A stretch of 64,000 nucleotides of DNA from an uncultured Thermoanaerobaculia bacterium (GTDB lineage Bacteria; Acidobacteriota; Thermoanaerobaculia; Multivoradales; J023). This document shows positions 21,118-31,012 of the stretch, piece after piece. The first letter of the stretch is position 1; each line of letters starts with the position of its first letter. Where the stretch lies: positions 12,648 to 76,647 of the forward strand of contig CAZMEL010000002.1 of assembly GCA_964565225.1 (NCBI GenBank), read 5' to 3'. The notes beneath the pieces were generated by a model. The model saw only the letters and a program-made list of their open reading frames with translations. It did no database searches and was not told the origin of the DNA. The translations under genes and the position numbers were made by a program.

Positions 21118-22286
21118 GCTCCGCCACCGACTCGGACGTCCTGATCATCGGTGGCGGCCCCGCGGGCCTGGCCACGGCGATCGCTGCTCGAGGGCACGGC
21201 CTCGAGGTACGGGTCCTGGATCGGCGACGCCCACCGATCGACAAAGCCTGCGGGGAAGGCCTGATGCCCGACGGCGTGGCCGCCCTCCGCGGCCTGGGGG
21301 TCGACCTCTCGAAGGTCGGATTTCCGTTTCGCGGCATTCGCTACCTCGACGGCGATCTCGTGGCGGAAGGCTCGTTTCCCGGCGGAAACGGCCTCGGTAT
21401 TCGCCGCCTCGAGCTCCACCGGGCCCTCCTTCGGCGGGCCGAGCAGATCGGAGTCGATTTATGCTGGGAAACGGCGGTCGAGGATCTCGGCTGCCGCCCC
21501 GATGGTAGATGGGACGAGGCTCGAACGACCCGTGGTGTCTATGGCTGCCGTTGGCTGGTGGGTGCCGACGGGCTCCGTTCCCGAGTTCGGCGATGGGTGG
21601 GGCTCGAAGGGCGAGGAGAGCCCGTGGAGCACGGACGCTTCGGCGTTCGTCGACACTTCCGGGTTCGCCCCTGGAGCCCGAAGGTGGAGGTGTATTGGGC
21701 GGAGGAATGTGAAGCCTATGTCACTCCGGTCGCCGAGGACGAGGTGGGAGTGGCGATCTTGTGGAGCGGCCGCAAGGCTCGATTCGACGCCCTCCTCTCC
21801 GCCTTCCCGAGGCTCCGAGACCGCCTCGCAGAAGCACCCGCCGTTTCTCGAGATCGCGGTTCCGGGCCCTTGCGGCAACGCGCCCTGGCGCCGACCCGTC
21901 GCAACGTTGCTCTGGTGGGAGATGCCAGTGGCTATGTAGACGCCATCACCGGGGAAGGCCTGTCTCTGGCGTTTCACCAGGCCTCGGCGCTGGCCGATGC
22001 CCTGGCCCGGGCGGATCTGCGCCCCTATCGCCGCCAATGCCGCCGGATCGCCAGGCTTCCCGATGCCACCACCGAGCTCCTGCTCCGGCTCGAGCGTTTT
22101 CCGAGCCTGCGGCGCCGGCTGATCTCGATCCTGGCCCGGGATCCGGACACCTTTTCTCGGCTGCTGGCGGTCCACTCCCGGCAGGAGCCTTTTCTCGGCA
22201 CCGTGATTCCGCTCCTGCCCCGGCTCTTGCGCGGGCTCAGGCCCGGACGTGAGCCCATACCCGATCCGGCTCGTCGGGAGGGGTGA
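21114..22286 (+). CDS. FAD-dependent monooxygenase/oxidoreductase (geranylgeranyl-reductase-like; SrsC-like flavin hydroxylase)
   Basis: TTG start overlapping the FAAL stop (ATGA-type overlap). Rossmann motif DVLIIGGGPAGLATA, GADG..S.VR motif, and a later GD nucleotide-binding segment LVGDASGYVDAITGEG. Confidence 0.75.
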   Translation: MSSATDSDVLIIGGGPAGLATAIAARGHGLEVRVLDRRRPPIDKACGEGLMPDGVAALRGLGVDLSKVGFPFRGIRYLDGDLVAEGSFPGGNGLGIRRLELHRALLRRAEQIGVDLCWETAVEDLGCRPDGRWDEARTTRGVYGCRWLVGADGLRSRVRRWVGLEGRGEPVEHGRFGVRRHFRVRPWSPKVEVYWAEECEAYVTPVAEDEVGVAILWSGRKARFDALLSAFPRLRDRLAEAPAVSRDRGSGPLRQRALAPTRRNVALVGDASGYVDAITGEGLSLAFHQASALADALARADLRPYRRQCRRIARLPDATTELLLRLERFPSLRRRLISILARDPDTFSRLLAVHSRQEPFLGTVIPLLPRLLRGLRPGREPIPDPARREG

Positions 22287-23700
22287 GGAGGCTGACTCCC
22301 ACGAGCAGGGAGACGTTGGCGATCAGGCCGTAGATGCCTTCGTGCATTCCCGGAATCGGAGACAGCTCCGGTCGCACCAGGAACAGGACGTTGACCAGGA
22401 TCCCACCGATCAGACCCGCCAGAGCTCCCGCACCGGTCGCTCGGGGCCAGTAGAAGGCGGCGAACATCAGGGGGAAGATCTGGGCCACTCCGCCGTAGGC
22501 CCCCAGCAACAGCGCGACCAGGCTGATCTCCGAGAACACGGCGAAATAGAAAGCCGTGAGCGAAAGCACCAGGACCAGGGTCCGGATCCAGCTTCGCTGT
22601 TGATGGTCTTCGATCCCGGGAAAGAGCTGGCAGAGACCGTCGCGCACCCCGATCGAGGCGGCGGAGTGCAGAATGGAGTCTCCGGTCGACATGGAGGCGG
22701 CCAGGGTTCCCGCACAAACCAACCCCACCAGAATCGGCGACATCTCGACCTGGGTCAGCAGGAACGGCACGATGGTGTCGGGTTTGACACCGGGATACGC
22801 CAGGATTCCGCAAAAGCCCATCAGCAGGACCGGCACCAGGAAGACCTGGAAGGTCGGGTAGAACACCACGGTCCTGCGCAGGTCTCGGTCGCTGCGAGCG
22901 GCATAACTCTTCATGAAGAGATGTGGCCACATGGTGAAGCCGAATCCGGAGACCACCACGGCGGAGCTGAAGGCGGCCCAGCTCCAGGGCTCTCCGGAGC
23001 CGCTCAGGCCCGGAGCCCGGAGCATCTCGCCGTGGGCGGCCTCGATCTGCTCGAACATCGGACCAACGCCGCCGTAGAGCTGCCAGGGTAGGTAAAGACC
23101 CAGGAACCAGGCGACCACCATCATGAACAGCCCCTGGAAGAGGTTGGTCCAGCCGACACCCAACACCCCGCTCCAGAGCACGTAGATCGTCACGATGCCG
23201 TAGGTGATGCCCGCACCCGCGGCAAAGGACACCCGCCCCTCGGTGATGGTCGAGAGGATCAAGCCCGCCCCTTTCATCTGCAGAGTGAGATAGGGAATGA
23301 ACGCGGCCACGCTGAGAAGCGAAAGGAGGACCGAGAGGCTCCGGCTGTCGAAGCGGTGGGTCAGGAGCTCCGCCTGGGTGACGAAGCCGAGCTTCTGCCC
23401 CAGCCTCCGGGCCCGCGGCCCGAAGAAGTACAGCGGAACCATTCCCACCACGCCATAGGCGATGATGTAGAAGGCCGCGGCACCTCGGGAGTAGGCCCAT
23501 CCGGGGCCTCCAAGGAACGCGAACGAAGAGAAAACCGAGGCTCCCAACACGAAGTAGAGCACCAGGAATCCCATCGATCGGTCGGCGGCCACATACCCCG
23601 CGATGCTCTTGGACACTCGCAGGCCTGGCACCAGGCCCATCGCCAGGGTCGCCAAGAGATAACCACCACAGATCAGGAGAATGATCGTCTGCTGGTCCAT
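22237..23700 (-). CDS. sodium:solute symporter family (SSS) transporter
   Basis: 487 aa, about 13 TM, SSF-type glycine-rich helices. Preceded by a DUF3311 mini-protein, as is typical for this subfamily. Confidence 0.8.
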   Translation of the reverse strand: MDQQTIILLICGGYLLATLAMGLVPGLRVSKSIAGYVAADRSMGFLVLYFVLGASVFSSFAFLGGPGWAYSRGAAAFYIIAYGVVGMVPLYFFGPRARRLGQKLGFVTQAELLTHRFDSRSLSVLLSLLSVAAFIPYLTLQMKGAGLILSTITEGRVSFAAGAGITYGIVTIYVLWSGVLGVGWTNLFQGLFMMVVAWFLGLYLPWQLYGGVGPMFEQIEAAHGEMLRAPGLSGSGEPWSWAAFSSAVVVSGFGFTMWPHLFMKSYAARSDRDLRRTVVFYPTFQVFLVPVLLMGFCGILAYPGVKPDTIVPFLLTQVEMSPILVGLVCAGTLAASMSTGDSILHSAASIGVRDGLCQLFPGIEDHQQRSWIRTLVLVLSLTAFYFAVFSEISLVALLLGAYGGVAQIFPLMFAAFYWPRATGAGALAGLIGGILVNVLFLVRPELSPIPGMHEGIYGLIANVSLLVGVSLLTPPDEPDRVWAHVRA

Positions 23701-23701
23701 C

Positions 23702-23983
23702 TCAGCCCTTCTCTTCTTCGGTGAGAAAGAACCAGAGCAGCAGGAGGAACATCAGCCCGAGGGCGAAGACGATCCAGACCAGGGATTGTGGAAGGCCGAG
23801 AATCAAGGGCTGGGGCGCGGCGAACTTCGGGTAGATGGGCCAGATCACCAACATGCTGATCGCGAGATACAGGACGACGAACATCCATCGCCTACGGCGG
23901 TAGCGAGGGGAAGAGCTCCGCGCAAAAAAGACCAGGCCACGGGGCAACGGCTCGGTCGACTTCTCTTCGAGGCTTCGGTTCAT
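23702..23983 (-). CDS. DUF3311-like small membrane protein associated with SSS transporters
   Basis: 93 aa, two TM helices. Stop abuts the symporter start with a 1-nt gap. Confidence 0.5.
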   Translation of the reverse strand: MNRSLEEKSTEPLPRGLVFFARSSSPRYRRRRWMFVVLYLAISMLVIWPIYPKFAAPQPLILGLPQSLVWIVFALGLMFLLLLWFFLTEEEKG

Positions 23984-24065
23984 GGCTCACCACCTGTTCG
24001 AACGGATCTTTGTCTGCAGATCATAGCCCTCTCGTGCCCGCAGGGGATGTTTTCGTCTAAGATCC

Positions 24066-24809
24066 GTGGCGATGGGACTTCAAGAGATCACGGCAGAGCT
24101 CGCCGCCGCCCTTTCTCTCCTGCGCTTCTCGGCGCCGGTCGCCTACGTCTACAACCCTCTCGAATATGCGGCGGAGCCCCATTGGCGGTTCCTCGATCGC
24201 TTCGGAGGCTTGCGGCCGGAAGTGCTGTGGGTGGGAATGAATCCCGGCCCCTGGGGAATGGCCCAGACCGGCATTCCCTTCGGTGCGATCACCCCGGTGA
24301 AGGAGTGGTTGGGTTGCGCCGCGGGTGAGGTGGGAAAACCCGTGCGGGAGCACCCCAAGAGACCGGTCACCGGGTTCGACTGCCACCGTGACGAGGTCAG
24401 CGGGGTTCGGGTCTGGAAGTGGGCCGAAGAGACGTTTGGAACCCCGGAAGCGTTCTTCTCGCGGTTCTTCATCACCAACTACTGCCCCCTGCTCTTCCTC
24501 GAGGAGGGCGGGAGAAATCTCACCCCGGACAAGCTGAAGGCGGCGGAGCGGGAGGCACTCTTCGATCCCTGTGACCGAGCTCTGCACCAGATCGTGGCGA
24601 CTCTCGGGGTCCGCCGAGTGTTGGGCATCGGCGCCTGGGCGGAGAAACGTGCACGCCAGGCCCTCGCCGGGCTCGACCTCGAAATCGGTCGGATCCTCCA
24701 CCCGAGCCCGGCCAGTCCGCTCGCCAACCGCGGCTGGGGCACGGAGGTGAGTCGGCAGCTGCGCGCCCAGGGTATCGAGATTCCGGCGTCCCCCACTGCC
24801 GCGGGTTGA
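24066..24809 (+). CDS. SMUG1-family (UDG family 3) uracil-DNA glycosylase
   Basis: GMNPGPWGMAQTGIPFG matches the SMUG1 motif 1. C-terminal HPSPASPLAN matches the SMUG HPSPxN motif. Confidence 0.75.
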   Translation: MAMGLQEITAELAAALSLLRFSAPVAYVYNPLEYAAEPHWRFLDRFGGLRPEVLWVGMNPGPWGMAQTGIPFGAITPVKEWLGCAAGEVGKPVREHPKRPVTGFDCHRDEVSGVRVWKWAEETFGTPEAFFSRFFITNYCPLLFLEEGGRNLTPDKLKAAEREALFDPCDRALHQIVATLGVRRVLGIGAWAEKRARQALAGLDLEIGRILHPSPASPLANRGWGTEVSRQLRAQGIEIPASPTAAG

Positions 24810-24885
24810 GGCTTCGCCCATCTTCCCGAGCCCACAACAACCCGAGAGGTCGCCGGAACGAAAGCCTCGAGGCCTCCAGCAGGCG

Positions 24886-27129
24886 GTGGAAACCATGGCG
24901 ACCGCCGTGCTCGAACGGCCAGCTCGAAGGGGGGGATGGATCGCTGTTTTTTTCGGGCTCGCCGCCCTCTGCATACCCGGCCTGCTACGACTGGAGACCA
25001 ACAACTCTCCCGAGGCCTTCTTCGTCCGCGGCTCCGAGGCCGTCGATCGGTACCAGGAGTTCCAGCAGACCTTCGGCTCCGACCAGGCGTTGCGAGTCCT
25101 CGTCGAGGGTTCGGACCTCTGGACTCGAGAAGGGCTCCGACGCCTGGCCGACTTCGAAGAGAAGCTCGTCGAGGTTCCCGGCATCGCCCGGGTGGTGGGT
25201 CTTCGCCTCGCGCATGCGCAGGAGAGCTGGCCACCCGAAGACCCCGGGGCCTATCGGGAGAGCACCCTCGATAGCCTTCTCCATCGCTCTCTCGGGTTGA
25301 TCGACCGTAGTGGCTCCCAGGCGACGATTCTGGTCTTGCTGGAGAGCCGGAGTCCCCGGGCCACGGCTGAGACCCTCGGCGAGCTGGAGGCTCTCCTCCC
25401 CTCCCTCGGCCCGAGAATCGAAGCCCGGCTGGTAGGAATGCCGGTGCTCAACCGGGCTCTCGACCGATCCTCGAAAGAAATCGAGACCCGATTCTTTCCG
25501 CTCCTGCTGCTCTTCACCGCCGGGCTCCTGGCTCTGAGCCTACGAGACCTTCGCGGCCTTCTCGTTCTGCTCGCCTTTGTCGGACTCTGTGAGCTGGTGA
25601 CCCTGGCGACAATGGGAGCTCTGCGAGTAGAACTCAACCTGGTGCTGGCGGTCTTGCCTCCTCTTCTCTACGTGATCACCCTCGCCACGGGCCTGCACCT
25701 GTTGCTCTACTTCCGGCGCCGACGAGCGACCGGTGAGAAGCCCGTGCGAGCCTGCCTCGAGACCTACCGGAACAAGGGCTGGTCGGTGCTCTGGACCGGA
25801 ATCTCGACCCTGGTGGGTTTCCTCTCCCTGGGCGTGAGCCCGGTCGAGCCGGTCCGCGTGCTCGGCTTGTGGACCGCGTTCGGCCTGCTGGTGATGCTGG
25901 TGATCGCCTTCACGGCTCTACCGTTGCTGCTGGTGCATTGGGCCGGGCCGGCGCCACCGAGATCCCGTCGAGATCCGGGTGCCGAGAGCTCCGAGCTCGG
26001 CTACCGCTGGGGTCGCTGGGCCTGCCGCCATCGCAGTGGGGTGCTTCTTGGCGCCGTGTTCCTCGCGGGCCTGGCGCTCGCGGGCCTTCCGCGGCTCCAG
26101 GTCGAGAGCAATGCTCTGCGCTACCTGCCCGAGGACCACCGGGTACGGCAGGACATCGAGGCCCTGCAGGCGGCTGGCATCGGCGCCGCTTCGATCGAGG
26201 TCGTTCTCGAGAGCTCGGAGGGAGAGATGGCCCCAGGGGACCCCGGCCGCCTCGCCGATCTGGGGAAACGGCTCACCGCGGCGGATCCGCGGATCCTGGG
26301 GGTCTTCAGCCTGGGGACCATCGTCCGCGGCCTGGCGCCGGGCCTCGAGCTGGTTCCTTTTCTCGCCCCCGCGGCGCGCGACGCCATGGTGGTGCAGTCT
26401 CTGCGCCAGAGCTCGGAGGGCCGCGAGCTGTACTCGGCTCTGGTCTCTCCGGACGGAATCTCCACCCGCGTTTCGGTCTTCGTGCCGATCGTCGGGCAAG
26501 AGGAGCTCGCCGAGCTGCAGAGAGTCGTCCTCGAGGAGGCCAGTCGCTCTTTTCCCGACCGGCAGATTGCGATCACGGGGCAGTTGCCGCTCCTGCTGGA
26601 AGCGCAGGGGTACCTGATTCGCACGCTGGGTCTCTCCCTCGGGCTGACCCTTCTCGCGGTCACCTTGATCCTGCGTGGGCTCCTGCCCGGTTTCCGGCTG
26701 ACGGCGCTCTCCTTGCTTCCGAACCTCTGGCCGGTGTTCGGGGTGTTGGGGGTCATGGGCTGGGTGGGCATTCCCCTCGACATCGCCACGGTGATGGTGG
26801 CTTCCATCGCCCTGGGCCTGGCGGTCGACGACACCCTGCACACTCTCGGGCACTTCCGGCGCCTGGGAGCCCGCCGCGGAGCCAAGGAGGGAATGGCCCG
26901 CACGCTGGAGATCACGGCGCCGGCCTATGTGTTGACCGGAGTCGTCCTGGTGGCGGGATTCGGGGTTTGCGGCTTCTCGGATTTTGCTCCGACCGCTCGC
27001 TTCGGCCTGCTCACCGCCCTCGCGGTGGGTCTCGCCGTGGTAGGAGATCTGCTCCTGTTACCGGCGCTCCTCAGCTTCACTCCTCGCTCGACCCTGGCGC
27101 GTTGGCGCCTGGCCCAGCGAGCGCGTTGA
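24886..27129 (+). CDS. MMPL/RND-superfamily lipid exporter (HpnN-like)
   Basis: 747 aa. Two blocks of about 6 TM helices each, separated by periplasmic domains. MMPL/SSD-like topology. Confidence 0.7.
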   Translation: METMATAVLERPARRGGWIAVFFGLAALCIPGLLRLETNNSPEAFFVRGSEAVDRYQEFQQTFGSDQALRVLVEGSDLWTREGLRRLADFEEKLVEVPGIARVVGLRLAHAQESWPPEDPGAYRESTLDSLLHRSLGLIDRSGSQATILVLLESRSPRATAETLGELEALLPSLGPRIEARLVGMPVLNRALDRSSKEIETRFFPLLLLFTAGLLALSLRDLRGLLVLLAFVGLCELVTLATMGALRVELNLVLAVLPPLLYVITLATGLHLLLYFRRRRATGEKPVRACLETYRNKGWSVLWTGISTLVGFLSLGVSPVEPVRVLGLWTAFGLLVMLVIAFTALPLLLVHWAGPAPPRSRRDPGAESSELGYRWGRWACRHRSGVLLGAVFLAGLALAGLPRLQVESNALRYLPEDHRVRQDIEALQAAGIGAASIEVVLESSEGEMAPGDPGRLADLGKRLTAADPRILGVFSLGTIVRGLAPGLELVPFLAPAARDAMVVQSLRQSSEGRELYSALVSPDGISTRVSVFVPIVGQEELAELQRVVLEEASRSFPDRQIAITGQLPLLLEAQGYLIRTLGLSLGLTLLAVTLILRGLLPGFRLTALSLLPNLWPVFGVLGVMGWVGIPLDIATVMVASIALGLAVDDTLHTLGHFRRLGARRGAKEGMARTLEITAPAYVLTGVVLVAGFGVCGFSDFAPTARFGLLTALAVGLAVVGDLLLLPALLSFTPRSTLARWRLAQRAR

Positions 27130-28444
27130 GATCGGCGGTCCACTGCCGCAGCCGGGAGACGAGCTCCGGAAGATCCTTCCCGAGGGGTTTGCTCAAGACG
27201 GGATGCTGCAAACGCTCCGCGAGGGCCGGGGGCAGCTCGATCTGCCGGCCGATCGCCGGCTCCACCACTTCCTGGAACTTCGCCGGATGAGCGGTGGCCA
27301 GCACGACTCCCCGGGTCGGCCCGGATCGGGTTGGGAGAGCTTCCCGCAGAGCCAGGTAACCCACCGCGGTGTGGGGATCCATCACGTAGCCGGTCTCCGC
27401 CTCGATCTCGCGAATCGCGGCGCGGGTCGCCTCGTCGTCGAAGGCGAACCCTTGGACGTCTCGACGCAGAGCCTCGATCTTCCCTTCATAGAGATGCAGA
27501 ATCCGCGCGAAGTTGCTCGGGTTGCCCACATCCATGGCGTTGGAAACGGTGCGCACCGAGTCTCGGGGCTGGAAGATCCCGCTCGCGAGGTAGCTGGGCA
27601 CCACATCGTTGCGATTGGTCGCCGCCAGGAATCGAGCTTCGAGGCCCAGGCGCCGGGCGATCAACCCGGCGGTCAGGTTGCCGAAGTTGCCGCTCGGAAT
27701 CGAAAAGAGGAGATCACTCGTTTCTCCCGGGTCTTGCCTCTTCAGCTGGGCCGCAGCATGGAAGTAGTAGAGAACCTGTGGCAGCAGGCGGCCGATGTTG
27801 ATGGAGTTCGCCGAGGTGAGGCCGAGAGCCGCGACCAGCTCCTGGTCGCGGAAGGCCTCTTTCACCAGCCGCTGGCAGTCGTCGAAGGTACCTTCGACGG
27901 CATATGCCTGTACGTTGCCGCCGAGGGTGGTGAACTGCCGCTCCTGCACCGGGCTGACCTTGCCTCGGGGATAGAGGATCGCGACCCGCGTTCCCCGGAC
28001 TCCGAAGAACGCTCTGGCCACCGCGCCGCCGGTGTCGCCGGAGGTCGCCACCAGGACGGTCGCCGGCCGCTCGGGATCCGAGGTTCGGGCCAGCAGGCGC
28101 GCGAGGAAACGAGCTCCGACGTCCTTGAAGGCCAGGGTCGGGCCATGGAATAGCTCGAGAATCCAGATTCCGGGACAAAGCCCGACCAGCGGGATCGGAA
28201 AATCCAGCGCCTCGCCGACCAGGTCTCGGCACTGCTCGCGAGTCAGATCGTCTCCGAGCAGATGGTGGACGACCCGTTCGGAGATCTCCAACAGGTCGTT
28301 CTCGGGCAATTGTTCGAAGAATTCCGCAGGAAGGGGCTCGAGTGCCTGGGGGACGTAGAGCCCCCCATCGGGTGCGAGGCCACGCCGCAGGGCTTCGTTC
28401 AGGGGAGTCGGCTCGACCCTTCCGCCGGTGCTGAGCAGGAGCAT
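27077..28444 (-). CDS. thrC: threonine synthase
   Basis: 455 aa. PLP lysine motif TLAFKDVGARF, long-form threonine-synthase N-terminal domain (LYVP), SGNFGN glycine loop. Confidence 0.9.
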   Translation of the reverse strand: MLLLSTGGRVEPTPLNEALRRGLAPDGGLYVPQALEPLPAEFFEQLPENDLLEISERVVHHLLGDDLTREQCRDLVGEALDFPIPLVGLCPGIWILELFHGPTLAFKDVGARFLARLLARTSDPERPATVLVATSGDTGGAVARAFFGVRGTRVAILYPRGKVSPVQERQFTTLGGNVQAYAVEGTFDDCQRLVKEAFRDQELVAALGLTSANSINIGRLLPQVLYYFHAAAQLKRQDPGETSDLLFSIPSGNFGNLTAGLIARRLGLEARFLAATNRNDVVPSYLASGIFQPRDSVRTVSNAMDVGNPSNFARILHLYEGKIEALRRDVQGFAFDDEATRAAIREIEAETGYVMDPHTAVGYLALREALPTRSGPTRGVVLATAHPAKFQEVVEPAIGRQIELPPALAERLQHPVLSKPLGKDLPELVSRLRQWTADLNALAGPGANAPGSSEE

Positions 28445-28474
28445 GGGATGACTTCCTCGATTCCGAGGCCCGGC

Positions 28475-28759
28475 TCAATTCACCGGGCCCGCCGTGGGCT
28501 CGGGCGAGTCCGGAATCGAGCCGAACTTCTGCTCGTAGATCTCGAGGTTCGTAGCCAGGGCCTGGATCAGGCGTTTCAGATGGCCCGGGCTGGTGATCAC
28601 CCGAGCCGTAACCGCGCCCTGGGGCGGCAACATGTTGATGAAATCCAGCACGAATTCTTCTCGGGTGTGGCTGACCCGAACGAGGTTGGCATATCGGCCC
28701 CGAAGCTCTTCGTCCGTGATCTTGACGTTCATACCCTTGGCCGCTTCTCGATCCGACAT
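28475..28759 (-). CDS. small conserved hypothetical protein (DUF3467-like)
   Basis: 94 aa. Good coding GC3. Sits between thrC and the ABC transporter on the same strand. Confidence 0.4.
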   Translation of the reverse strand: MSDREAAKGMNVKITDEELRGRYANLVRVSHTREEFVLDFINMLPPQGAVTARVITSPGHLKRLIQALATNLEIYEQKFGSIPDSPEPTAGPVN

Positions 28760-28784
28760 GTCGTTCTCCTATCCGAAGGCCGCC

Positions 28785-30093
28785 TCAGGTCGATTCATCG
28801 TCCCAATGCAAATCGCCGTGGAAGCGCCACTGGTTTTCGGGAAAGTACAGACCTTCGCCCCGCGCGGACGAGGTGACGGAGAAAGATACCAGTTTCCGGC
28901 GATAGTCGTAGGGAGCACCGTCTCGGGTGTGGATCGCCACGTCGACCAGATACTCCCCTGGCGCGAGACGCAGCTCCGGGCAGTCGACCTCCACCTTCAC
29001 CTTCCCCACTTCGAGCCGTTTCGGCGCCAGGCCCAGCAGGTCGGTGTTCGTTCCCCAGCAGACGATGCCCCGCGGAGTCGAGATGGCGATCCCGAACACG
29101 AAATCCTCCAGTCGCTCATGGACAGCGATCTCGATCTCGAAGACCACGGAGTCTCCCGAGTGGAAGTGGTAGTCCTCCTTCTTCCCAACCAGGATTCGCA
29201 CCCGTTCGATCTCGGCCTCTCGGGAGCCCCAACGCAGCACCTCCGCCGACTCGGCCTCGTCGGGCTCCGGCGCGCCGGCCTCCTGGGCTTCGCCTTCCTC
29301 CGCCTCGCGCTGCTCTTTGGCCGATCGGTGGGCTTCCCCCTCGGCCTCGGCGACCGACTGGCGATAGGTATCGGCCACCAGGCGGGGATGCCCCGACATC
29401 CGCAGCTTGCCCTTCTCCAGCCAGATCGCCCGATCGCAGATCTCCTCGATCAGAGTGAGGGAGTGGCTCACCAGCAGCAGGGTCTTTCCTCCCGCAAGAA
29501 ACTCTTCGATCCGGCGCAGGCAACGGTGAGAAAAGGCCTCGTCGCCCACGGCCAGCACCTCGTCGACCAGGAGGACATCGGGATCGGTATGGATCGCTAC
29601 CGAGAATCCCAGGCGCACATACATGCCCGACGAGTAGTTCTTGACCGGCTCTTCGATGAAGTCGGCCAGGCCCGAGAACTCGACGATGTCGTCATATCGG
29701 CGCTCGATCTCGCGCCGGGCGAGGCCGAGGATCGCCCCGTTGATGAAGATGTTCTCCCGACCCGAGATCTCGGGATGAAACCCCGCTCCCAGCTCGATCA
29801 GGGCCGCGACTCGCCCTTCGACATCGATCTGGCCGGAGGTCGGCTTGAGGATTCCGGCCACCATTTTGAGTAGAGTCGACTTGCCCGATCCGTTGCTGCC
29901 GATCAACCCGACCGCCTCACCCGCCTCGACGTCGAAGGAGATCGAGTCGAGGGCGGTGATCGCATCTTCCGGCCGGATACCTTGCACCAGGCTCCGTTCC
30001 AGCAGAGCGCTCTTCAGAGTCCGCAGGTGACGGCCCGAGGAGCTGCGGCGATAGAGCTTGTGGAGCTCACGGACACGAATCGCGGGATTCATA
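28785..30093 (-). CDS. ABC transporter ATP-binding protein (polysaccharide/O-antigen/teichoic-acid exporter type, Wzt/TagH-like) with C-terminal extra domain
   Basis: ATG at 30093 (MNPAIRV..). Walker A GSNGSGKST, signature YSSGM, Walker B LLVDE, H-loop SHS. C-terminal domain of about 170 aa. ATGA overlap with the upstream permease. Confidence 0.8.
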
Positions 30094-30892
30094 CCGCCTC
30101 GACCAGGGTCTCGGACAGGCGATCGAAGATCCAGGCTCCCACCAACCAGACCACCAGTCCCACGGCGAGCATGATCAGCCAGGAAGAAAGCTCCGGAATC
30201 CGCCCTTCGAAGAGCAACGCCTGGTAGGCCTCGGTGAAGGGGGTCATCGGATTGAGCGCCACCAGGCGATAGACCCAGGGATATCCCTTCAGAGTATTCA
30301 GGGTGTAGAGGATCGGAGTCATGAAAAAGAGCAGGGTCAGGAGATTCGACAGAATGTCCTTGACGTCCTTGAAGTGCACGTTGAGCGCGGCGAAGCTCAG
30401 GGTCAGCCCCCCCACCAGCGGAATCTGCAGCAGCACCACCAACGGCGCCATCAGCCCGTTCCAGCCACCTACCTCCAGTCCCTTCTGACGAAAGTAGAGC
30501 GAGCCGACCACGACCACCGGCAGGGCGAATGCGAAGTGCACCAGATTGGCAAATACCGAGACCATCGGCAGGATCTCCGCCGGGAAGGACGCCTTGCGGA
30601 TCAGGCCCGAGTTGGCCAGCAGGGTATTGGTCCCCTCCATCCAGGAGGTCGAGACCCACAGCCAGGGAAAGACACCGGTGGCGAGGAAGAGAGCGTAGGG
30701 AGTGACGTTCGGATCTCTCGGCTGGAAGATGGTACCGAAGACGAACGCGTAGACCACCAGCAGGAGAATCGGGTTCACCAACGACCAGACATACCCCAAC
30801 GCGGAGCCTCGGTACCGGGCCTTGAGCTCCCGAGCGGTCAGGGTGAGCAGCAAGCTGCGATAGCGAAATAGGCGAAGGGCGACGCGGAGCAT
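30089..30892 (-). CDS. ABC-2 type transporter permease (Wzm/TagG-like)
   Basis: N-terminal LFRYRSLLLTLTARELKARYRGS.LGY.WS..NP signature of ABC-2 permeases, 6 TM. Start MLRVAL chosen, though the ORF extends to 30982. Confidence 0.75.
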   Translation of the reverse strand: MLRVALRLFRYRSLLLTLTARELKARYRGSALGYVWSLVNPILLLVVYAFVFGTIFQPRDPNVTPYALFLATGVFPWLWVSTSWMEGTNTLLANSGLIRKASFPAEILPMVSVFANLVHFAFALPVVVVGSLYFRQKGLEVGGWNGLMAPLVVLLQIPLVGGLTLSFAALNVHFKDVKDILSNLLTLLFFMTPILYTLNTLKGYPWVYRLVALNPMTPFTEAYQALLFEGRIPELSSWLIMLAVGLVVWLVGAWIFDRLSETLVEAV

Positions 30893-31012
30893 GGATTCCA
30901 CTCCGCGAACGGGCGCGGATCTTGGGGAAAGAGAATTTGGGAGAACAGCGAGGGGCGAAGGTGACCTCCACCCCTCGAGCATAAATTCTAAGTCGTGTAG
31001 CGACCGGCGGCG

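Noticed and set aside
22025-23500. 491-aa minus-strand ORF in a different frame from the SSS transporter
   Set aside because: Same strand and region as the symporter but an alternative frame. The transporter frame has TM-helix periodicity and family similarity, and this one does not.
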